From Betaproteobacteria bacterium (GTDB lineage Bacteria; Pseudomonadota; Gammaproteobacteria; Burkholderiales; Burkholderiaceae_E): a stretch of DNA of 64,000 nt. The translations under genes and the position numbers were made by a program. Location: positions 53,231 through 117,230 of the forward strand of contig JAYUOT010000001.1 in assembly GCA_043760705.1 (NCBI GenBank). Reading direction: 5' to 3'. Below the pieces are notes generated by a model. The model searched no databases, was not told the DNA's origin, and saw only the letters and a list, made by a program, of their open reading frames with translations. The first letter of the stretch is position 1. Each line of letters opens with the position of its first letter. Of the stretch, positions 54,091 to 61,950 are shown one piece after another.

Positions 54091-57000
54091 GTGAAAGCCC
54101 TTCTCTCAATCTTCCTTAAACATAGCGCTTGCCTCCGCCTTATCGGGGGGGCACAGTGCTTGCTGAGAGGCTTTGTACCCAGACATGTCAAAGCACTATC
54201 TTTCGCAGTGGGATTCACGGCCGCCCTATCCCTGCCGCAGGCCAATGCCGGACCGGTCCTCGGATTTCCGATTAATAATCAAGCCAGTGCCAGCTATGTG
54301 GATACTGCCAGTGGCCGTATTGAAAAGCTTGATTCCAACTTAGTGAGCGCACCGGTTGCAAAATCGGTCGCCTTCACGCTCCAAAATTCTCAAAATCTGG
54401 CGTCCGCTCAAGGAGCGAGCGTCCGATTCCAACACTCTATCAACAATACCGGCAACTCGGCAGAGAGTTTTGCGCTGTTGCTGCAAGACAGCTACTCCGG
54501 CACCTTCGCATTTACGTCGGTACAAATGTTTGCCGATGCCAATAGTGATGGCGTGCCCGACTCCGCCACTCCGCTCAGTGTTTCACCGGTGTTGCAGCCT
54601 GGAGAAACCTTCCAGTTTTTGGTGATCGCTAAAGTTCCGTCGAGCGCGGGTCTGTCACAAGAGGATCGCTTTACGATCGTCGCTGCGCCCACCTCGGGTG
54701 GCGCACCCCAGCAAACCAATGTCGACACCGTCACGATCACCAACAATGCGGTCATGGTGGTCAACAAATCCTTTTCTCTGTCTGCGGGCCCCTCGCCCAA
54801 TGCCGGACTGACCGTAACCCTAACGTATAGCAATATTGGAAACTCCACTGCGACGGCCGTGACGCTCACCGATGTCATTGGCGCACCGAACGGCGCGCCC
54901 GTTTACGACACCAGCGGTATGCAATATGTCGCGGGCTCAGCGAGCTGGCAAGGTATTAGCTTGAGTGATGCACCTGGCGGCGATGCTGCGGGCATAAGCT
55001 ATGCGGCGACGACCGCTGGAGCGGCCACGACTGTGACTGCCGTGCTCGCCGCCGTTCCCCCGGGTAGTTCGGGCGTTCTAAAGTTCAATGTCGATGTCAA
55101 GGCGGGCTTAGTGCCCGGTGTCGCCAAGACTACCAATGCCGTCGCCGTGAACTATCAGGACGGGATTGGTCCGCAATCGAGCGCGAGCAACAACACCACC
55201 TATTACCGGGTTCTCGCCGACGGACCCGATCTGGTCATGGTCAAGCGCAACAGCGGTGCGTTTTCGGTGGGCGTACGCGGTCGATATTTGTTTGACATTA
55301 GCAATCTTGGTAGCGGACCGACGACAGACCCGGTAGTGGTCACGGACACACTACCTTTTGGAATGTTAATTGAAGCGGCCTTGCTTCCCGCCGGCGGCTC
55401 GAACGGCTGGGCTTGTACCATTGCATCGCCTGCTAACCCGGCCACCTTGACGGGTGAGACGGTGCGCTGCCAAAACCCTTCCTTAATCCCTAGCGGCCAG
55501 CAAATCATCAATCCTTTGGTGATTGCTGTACGCCCCCAGGCCTCTCTCGGCGGCCTCGCTGTGACGAACCGCGCGACGGTTTCGGGCGGGGGTGAACTTG
55601 TAACATCAGCCAACAACAACCTTGCCAGCGACACTGTACAGGTCAGCGCGAGCGCGTCGATCTCAGGCTTCGCATGGTTTGATCTTAATCACAACAATAC
55701 CCGTGATTCCAACGAGCCCCCCGGCGTAGGCATGATTGTTGAGCTCATTGATCTCTCAGGCAATATCGTTGCACGAACTACGACGGCCTCTGACGGCGGC
55801 TATATCCTGAGTAACCTTGCGCCTGGCCCGTCCTACAAAATTATTTTTCGTTATCCCGATGGCAGCACACCGATCGCCGGTTCTCCAATGAATGGTGAAA
55901 TGGGCCAGCCCAACCCGACCTCGAATGGCATCGTATCCAAGGGCGCCATCATTGGTCTGACACTTACTCCAGGGTTGAATGTCGTCCGCCAAAATCTGCG
56001 CTTAGATCCGTCCGGCGTGGTCTATGACTCGGTGACGCGCCTGCCGGTTGCCGGTGCTATCGTAAGGTTTGAAGGTCCACCGGGCTTCAATCCCTCCGAG
56101 CATCTGCTTGGCGGCGTCGGAAATGTGGAGCAAACCACCGGGCTTGCCGGAATTTATCAATATATTCTTCTTGAAGGTGCTCCCAGCGGCGTCTATCGCC
56201 TGCTGGTTACCTCCCCTGCCAACTATTCGCCTGGAACATCCAGGGTCCTCACGCCTTTAGCCTCGCTCAATTGCGGCGCACCGGCCTGCCTAGACCCAAC
56301 GGGATTGGCGCCTAGAGGCACGGCTTATTCAATTCAACCCGCCAATATCGCGTCCGCACCTGCGATTGGGCAAGACACAAGCTACTACCTTGCGTTTAAT
56401 TTGGATGTCACCACCGATCCCGAGATTGTCAATAACCACATTCCGCTGGATCCAGTCGCCATGTCCCGTCCGGGCTTGCTGGTTGAAAAAATTGCGAATC
56501 GCGGCACGGCGGAACTCGGTGATTCTGTGCTCTTTACGGTCAAGGTCAGAAATAGCGGCAAAGCGGTGTTCCCGCAGGTGCAATTGCTAGATCAGTTCCC
56601 GACAGGCTTTAGTTTTATACCTGGCTCGGCCCAATTGGACGGCCAAAAGATTGCCGATCCGCTGCGTGACGGGTCTAAGTTGCTGCGTTTTCCGAATATT
56701 GGCGACCTCGCGGCCGAGGCCAGCCGCACGGTGAGCTATTTGGCCGTGCTCGGGCCAGGTGCTCAACTAGGCGATGGTATTAATCGTGCCTATGCTCGCA
56801 GTGGCAACACGGTATCCAATACAGCAACGGCAAAAGTCGCGGTTAACGGGGGGGTGTTCAGCTCCAGAGGCATTGTGCTCGGCAAATTCTATGTCGATTG
56901 CAACAACAATCATGTACAGGACCTCGAAGAGCTCGGCATTCCTGGTGTGCGGCTCTATTTAGAGAATGGGTCTTATGTAGTGACCGACTCTGAGGGCAAA

Positions 57001-60000
57001 TATAGCTTTGCAGGCTTGTCGGCACGTACCCATGTGCTCAAAGTTGATCGCCTGACTTTGCCAAAGGCCGCGCGCTTGACCTCAATTTCCAATCGCCATG
57101 CGCTGGACGGACAAAGTCGCTTTATCGACTTGAAAAATGGTGAATTGCATCGCGCAGATTTTGCAGAATTTAGTTGCTCGCCCGAAGTTCTTGCTGACGT
57201 CAAGGCGCGTCGCGCCAAAGGCGAGATTTTCTCGATTGAAGTGGATCGTGCGCTTCTGTTGAAGCTTGATCCTGAAGGCAAAGTCCTGGCGCCCACCGAC
57301 CCAAGAGCACTACCGGCCAGTGGACTGCTCGGCGTGCCGCTCGCTCCGACCGGCGGTCTTGGCGCTACGGGCGCGATCCCACTGTTTCCTTCGAGTGTCG
57401 GCAACCCGAGCTTGCCGGGTCTTACTACTGCGCCGTTGACTGCGCTCAGTGCGACCGTCCCTCAGCCCCAATCGCCGTCTGTCGTGTCGGAAAGCCTACA
57501 GGATCGCCTCAATACCATCGATAACAGCCTGGGCCTCCTCGATCTTAAAGAGGGCGACACGCTGCCCATTGCGCAGACCAACATACGCATCAAGGGCACC
57601 CTAGGGGCGACCCTAAAGCTCTGGGTCAACAGCAAGGAAGTACCCGACGCCCGGATCGGTGTTCGCTCCGAGGTTGTTGAGAAACAACTTATCTACCGCG
57701 AGTACATTGGTGTGCCATTGAATGCGGGTAAGAACCTGATCGAACTCAAGCAAACTGACGGTTTTGGCAACGCCCGCGGCGAGCAAAGTTTGAGCGTCAT
57801 CGCGCCCGATCAGCCAGGCCGCATTGAGATCGATTTACCCAGTGCCGGTGTCGCGATTGCCGACGGCGTAACTCCGGCCAAGATCGTTGTACGAATTACC
57901 GATAGCAAGGGGGTGCCGGTCACCGCGCGTACCCCCATCACACTTGAGGCCACGACTGGCCGATGGAAAGTGCAAGACGCTAACCCCAATGAGCCGGGTG
58001 TGCAAACTTTCGTACAGGGTGGACGAGCTGAATTTGAGTTGCTGCCACCGCTCTCTCCAATGGATGCAACGCTGCGCGTGACGAGTGGTATTTTGGGTGC
58101 GGATCGCCGCTTGGCCTTCTTGCCAGAGCTACGCCCTTTGATCGGTTCTGGCGTGATCGAAGGCATCTTGAATTTGCGCAATTTGAAGCCCGGCAGCATC
58201 CAGCCGGTTCGGGCGCGCGACGGCTTTGAACAGGAGCTTCGCCAATTCTCGCGTGAAAGCGCAAATGGCAAAACTTTCGCGGCCGCACGCGCTGCGTTCT
58301 TCCTGAAGGGTAAGGTCAAAGGCGAGTATTTATTGACCTTGGCCTACGACTCCGACAAAGAAGTCGGTGAGCGCTTGTTCCGTGATATTCGCCCCGACGA
58401 GTTTTATCCGGTATACGGCGACTCCTCGATCAAGGGCTTCGATGCGCAGTCCACCAGCCGCCTTTATTTGCGGGTCGACAAGAATCGATCCTACCTACTC
58501 TGGGGGGACTACACCACCAGCAACTTCAATCCAGCTCAGCGTCTCACGCAGTACCAGCGCTCCTTGACTGGCGTCAAGCATCACTATGAGAGTAATGGCG
58601 TCACGATCGATAGTTTTGCGAGCCGCGACACCACTCGCCAAGTGATCAAAGAGTTCAGTGCCGACGGCACTTCGGGCCCGTTTGATTTGGGTCTGACCAC
58701 AGCGCTGTACAACAGCGAGAAAGTTGAGCTTCTCACCCGTGATCGCAATCAACCCGGCATTGTGTTGCGCGCGACGGTGTTGTCTCGGTTTGTGGACTAC
58801 GCCTTTGAGCCGCTCAGTGGCCGCCTGCTGCTGCGCGGGCCACAGGCCAGTGTCGACCCGTTCTTGAATCCGAACAGCATTCGAGTCACCATCGAGGTTG
58901 ATCAAGGTGGACAGGCCTTCTGGGTGTACGGCTCGAGCGCCAGTGTGAAGTTAACTCCAGCATTGACGGTCGGCGCCAATTTCGTGCGTAATATGAACCC
59001 TATTCCCGAGACGTTCACTCGCATGGAAGGGCTTAACCTAAGCTACCAATTTGCCGAGCGCTCGATTGTGACGGCCGAGCTCGCCACCACCACGAAGGCC
59101 GACGGCACGCGTGGTATCGCTGAGCGTATCGAGTACAGCCATGATGGCTCTCAGCTTAAGGTAAGGCTCGTCGCGGCCAAGTCGAATGTTGGTTTTGATA
59201 ACCCGGGTTCAATCCTTCGGCCGGGGCGTGAAGAACTATCCGCCCGTGCTGCCTACACTTTCAAGCCAGGCCTACTGTTCGCGGCCGAAGCACTGCATAC
59301 CAAGGATGTCGCCACCGAGGCCCGTCGCGACGGTGTGTTGCTTAACTTTGAGAAAGCCATTGGAACGACTGCCAAGATCGAGATCGGTGTGCGCCGCGTG
59401 ACCGAGCAAGTACCGACCAATAGCGCTGCCACCAACACGGCGGCCTCCGGCAGTACCGGTGCAGCGCCGGCAACGACCACGCCAGCAAGCACATCTTCAG
59501 CGTCCGCGAGTAGCGCGATTCCGTCCAGAACCGATTTAACGAGTGTGCGCATCAAAGCCACTTCGCAGTTGCCTGGCTTGCCGACCGCCAGTGTGTACGG
59601 CGAGGCTGAGCAGGATCTGAGCGATCACAGTAAACGACTGGTCGCAGTTGGTGGTGAATATCAGTTCGCTGGCCGTGGCAAGGTGTATGCGAGACATGAA
59701 TTTCAGTCGACCCTTCAAGGCGCCTTTGCCTTGAACAATATTCAGCGAACCAATGCGACGGTGCTGGGCATTAGTAGTGAATACATGACTAACGGTACTT
59801 TGTTTAGTGAGTATCGCGGGCGCGACTCGTTCGGTGAACGCACCACCGAGGCCGCGATAGGCCTGCGTAACGTATTTGCTGTGGCGCCAGGGCTACGTTT
59901 GAATACCAATGTCGAGCGCATCAAATCACTCAGTGGAGCCAAAGATCTCGAGGCGCAAGCCCTAGGTCTGGGGCTGGACTACACTGCCAGCGAACTCTGG

Positions 60001-60699
60001 AAGGGCAGCACAAGGCTTGAGCTGCGCGATGCTTATGCCAGCCGCTCCTTTTTGCATACCGCCGATGCCGCCGTTAAGGTGAACCGAAACTGGACTTTGT
60101 TGGGTCGCCATGTCTGGAATCACATTGAAGCCAAAGCAGTGACAACCGCAACCAGTTCGTCGACGGCCAGTGATCGCCTCTTGCAGCGTCTACGCGTGGG
60201 GCTCGCCTATCGTCAAACCGATACTAATCAGTTTGATGCGCTGGCCATGATTGAGAAAAAACGCGAAAGTGATACTGCGCTCACGGCGGTCAATGCCTAC
60301 CGGAACGTCTGGATTGGTTCGGCTCATTTCAACTATCAACCGCAACGCAGCTTGGTGATTAACGGCCAGTACGCAACCAAGTGGGCCCAAGAAACCATCA
60401 CGGGTGTCCCCACCAGCAGCCATACTAGTTTGCTGGGTGCCCGAGCCACTTGGGATCTATCTGAGCGCTGGGATGTGAGCGCCATTGCTTCCACTCTGAG
60501 AAGCCATGAAACCGGTGTGTCGCAACGGGGTCTTGGTCTTGAAGTGGGTTATCTCATGCGCAGCAACACCTGGCTCTCAGTCGGTTACAACTTCTTGGGT
60601 TACCGAGATCCAGACCTGGCACCCAATTCGCAGAGCGACAAGGGATTCTTCTTGCGACTGCGTTTCAAATTTGATGAAGATACCTTTAAGAAAAACTAA
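54091..60699 (+). CDS. Giant outer-membrane protein: DUF11 repeats + SdrD-B/Cna-B-like + Big_1-like domains + a C-terminal beta-barrel of about 800 aa
   Basis: DUF11 pattern (LTVTLTYSNIGNSTATAVTLTDV; VLFTVKVRNSGKAVFPQVQLLDQFPTGFSF). SdrD-B-like (SGFAWFDLNHNNTRDSNEPPGVGMIVELID...DGGYILSNL; FYVDCNNNHVQDLEELGIPGVRLYLENG). Big_1-like (IADGVTPAKIVVRITDSKGVPV). From about 58270 there are many amphipathic beta-strand segments, ending GFFLRLRFKF plus an 8-aa tail. GTG start at 54091; an in-frame TTG at 54160 would give a more canonical signal peptide. Confidence 0.75.
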   Translation: MKALLSIFLKHSACLRLIGGAQCLLRGFVPRHVKALSFAVGFTAALSLPQANAGPVLGFPINNQASASYVDTASGRIEKLDSNLVSAPVAKSVAFTLQNSQNLASAQGASVRFQHSINNTGNSAESFALLLQDSYSGTFAFTSVQMFADANSDGVPDSATPLSVSPVLQPGETFQFLVIAKVPSSAGLSQEDRFTIVAAPTSGGAPQQTNVDTVTITNNAVMVVNKSFSLSAGPSPNAGLTVTLTYSNIGNSTATAVTLTDVIGAPNGAPVYDTSGMQYVAGSASWQGISLSDAPGGDAAGISYAATTAGAATTVTAVLAAVPPGSSGVLKFNVDVKAGLVPGVAKTTNAVAVNYQDGIGPQSSASNNTTYYRVLADGPDLVMVKRNSGAFSVGVRGRYLFDISNLGSGPTTDPVVVTDTLPFGMLIEAALLPAGGSNGWACTIASPANPATLTGETVRCQNPSLIPSGQQIINPLVIAVRPQASLGGLAVTNRATVSGGGELVTSANNNLASDTVQVSASASISGFAWFDLNHNNTRDSNEPPGVGMIVELIDLSGNIVARTTTASDGGYILSNLAPGPSYKIIFRYPDGSTPIAGSPMNGEMGQPNPTSNGIVSKGAIIGLTLTPGLNVVRQNLRLDPSGVVYDSVTRLPVAGAIVRFEGPPGFNPSEHLLGGVGNVEQTTGLAGIYQYILLEGAPSGVYRLLVTSPANYSPGTSRVLTPLASLNCGAPACLDPTGLAPRGTAYSIQPANIASAPAIGQDTSYYLAFNLDVTTDPEIVNNHIPLDPVAMSRPGLLVEKIANRGTAELGDSVLFTVKVRNSGKAVFPQVQLLDQFPTGFSFIPGSAQLDGQKIADPLRDGSKLLRFPNIGDLAAEASRTVSYLAVLGPGAQLGDGINRAYARSGNTVSNTATAKVAVNGGVFSSRGIVLGKFYVDCNNNHVQDLEELGIPGVRLYLENGSYVVTDSEGKYSFAGLSARTHVLKVDRLTLPKAARLTSISNRHALDGQSRFIDLKNGELHRADFAEFSCSPEVLADVKARRAKGEIFSIEVDRALLLKLDPEGKVLAPTDPRALPASGLLGVPLAPTGGLGATGAIPLFPSSVGNPSLPGLTTAPLTALSATVPQPQSPSVVSESLQDRLNTIDNSLGLLDLKEGDTLPIAQTNIRIKGTLGATLKLWVNSKEVPDARIGVRSEVVEKQLIYREYIGVPLNAGKNLIELKQTDGFGNARGEQSLSVIAPDQPGRIEIDLPSAGVAIADGVTPAKIVVRITDSKGVPVTARTPITLEATTGRWKVQDANPNEPGVQTFVQGGRAEFELLPPLSPMDATLRVTSGILGADRRLAFLPELRPLIGSGVIEGILNLRNLKPGSIQPVRARDGFEQELRQFSRESANGKTFAAARAAFFLKGKVKGEYLLTLAYDSDKEVGERLFRDIRPDEFYPVYGDSSIKGFDAQSTSRLYLRVDKNRSYLLWGDYTTSNFNPAQRLTQYQRSLTGVKHHYESNGVTIDSFASRDTTRQVIKEFSADGTSGPFDLGLTTALYNSEKVELLTRDRNQPGIVLRATVLSRFVDYAFEPLSGRLLLRGPQASVDPFLNPNSIRVTIEVDQGGQAFWVYGSSASVKLTPALTVGANFVRNMNPIPETFTRMEGLNLSYQFAERSIVTAELATTTKADGTRGIAERIEYSHDGSQLKVRLVAAKSNVGFDNPGSILRPGREELSARAAYTFKPGLLFAAEALHTKDVATEARRDGVLLNFEKAIGTTAKIEIGVRRVTEQVPTNSAATNTAASGSTGAAPATTTPASTSSASASSAIPSRTDLTSVRIKATSQLPGLPTASVYGEAEQDLSDHSKRLVAVGGEYQFAGRGKVYARHEFQSTLQGAFALNNIQRTNATVLGISSEYMTNGTLFSEYRGRDSFGERTTEAAIGLRNVFAVAPGLRLNTNVERIKSLSGAKDLEAQALGLGLDYTASELWKGSTRLELRDAYASRSFLHTADAAVKVNRNWTLLGRHVWNHIEAKAVTTATSSSTASDRLLQRLRVGLAYRQTDTNQFDALAMIEKKRESDTALTAVNAYRNVWIGSAHFNYQPQRSLVINGQYATKWAQETITGVPTSSHTSLLGARATWDLSERWDVSAIASTLRSHETGVSQRGLGLEVGYLMRSNTWLSVGYNFLGYRDPDLAPNSQSDKGFFLRLRFKFDEDTFKKN

Positions 60700-60737
60700 C
60701 AATGAATAGCTCCGAACGATCTCTGAGACTTAAGGTC

Positions 60738-61847
60738 ATGAATCCTAGCCACGCTAGAATCATTCTTTTGAGCGTACTTCTTTGGTGTGTAACAGCATGC
60801 TCATCGTCGAGCCCGGTGCGACTCGGCAAAGACCAATTGCCCAGCGCTCATGCCGAGCAAAACCGCATGACAGATGGTGTGATTCGCGCTGATCGAAACT
60901 ACATGGCCAGCTTGCAGGCTCGTCTTGGCGCAATTAATGCCAAGGGCCGAGCTGCGGACGACTATTTTCTAAGCAAGGCCACGGCTTGGCTGGATTTTGC
61001 CACGGAAGAATACAGTGACAATGATCGCGGCGGCATTGTTGAGCAGGCCCTATCGCAGGCTTTGTCGCTCATCAAGAACATGGAGACCAACGAAAGCACG
61101 ATGGAGCGCAGCACGGTTATTGTGCCAGCGGCCAAGAAAATCCGTCCAGATCTATGGGCAAAATTTTCTGAGTTTCAAGCCCATCGCGAATTTCCTTGCG
61201 TTGCGGGCAAGGTGGCGCAAGGCGAAGTGCAATTGGTTTGGGCGGGCCATGAAGAGTTAGAAGGGGGCTGGCGACATGCCATGCCGTATATTGAGATTGT
61301 TGAGTCGATGGTCCAGAAAATCGATGTGGAGCTGGAGCGTTGTGTTCAGGTGGCCGCCGCAGCAAAAGCGCACCCCGCGGTTGCCGCCCTCACGCCTGAG
61401 CCGGCGGTGACTGGGACGCTCCGCGTGGAGGCTGAACCGCCCAAGCCGATCACAGCGGAGCCTGCTGAGCTATTGAGCCTGGCGACCGATGCCCTGTTCG
61501 CCTTCGATAAATCCACCCTGGAGAGTGTGTTACCGGAGGCCCGAACCTTGTTGAGCGAGTTTGTTGCAAAGCTGCGTCAATTCAAGACCATCCAGCGGAT
61601 ACTCATTACGGGCCATACTGATCGACTGGGTAGTTCGGCTTACAATTCGCGCCTATCCGAGTCGCGCGCTCAGGCGATTCGCCAGTTCTTGATCCAAGAG
61701 GGGTTTGCGGCTTCCCTGGTTCAGGTGGCCGGCGCGGGCGAAAGTGATCCTTTAGTGACTTGTTCCGGGGACCGGGCAACCCCCGAGTTGCGTGCCTGCC
61801 TACAGGTGAATCGCCGGGTCGAGGTTCGGGTAAAAGCGAGCCGTTAA
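60738..61847 (+). CDS. OmpA-family lipoprotein (peptidoglycan-binding C-terminal domain)
   Basis: Lipobox VTAC. C-terminal OmpA domain (LFAFDKSTL...ITGHTDRLGSSAYNSRLSESRAQAI...NRRVEVRV). An alternative ATG at 60702 lies 2 nt after the giant OMP stop. Confidence 0.85.
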   Translation: MNPSHARIILLSVLLWCVTACSSSSPVRLGKDQLPSAHAEQNRMTDGVIRADRNYMASLQARLGAINAKGRAADDYFLSKATAWLDFATEEYSDNDRGGIVEQALSQALSLIKNMETNESTMERSTVIVPAAKKIRPDLWAKFSEFQAHREFPCVAGKVAQGEVQLVWAGHEELEGGWRHAMPYIEIVESMVQKIDVELERCVQVAAAAKAHPAVAALTPEPAVTGTLRVEAEPPKPITAEPAELLSLATDALFAFDKSTLESVLPEARTLLSEFVAKLRQFKTIQRILITGHTDRLGSSAYNSRLSESRAQAIRQFLIQEGFAASLVQVAGAGESDPLVTCSGDRATPELRACLQVNRRVEVRVKASR

Positions 61848-61950
61848 GAAGTATTAGTAAGTATTAATGAGATAGAGACCGAAGTTGCTGGATCAAGCTT
61901 AGGCGAACAAGACAGAACGGTGCAAGATCACCGTCATTAGCGGGTGGAAA

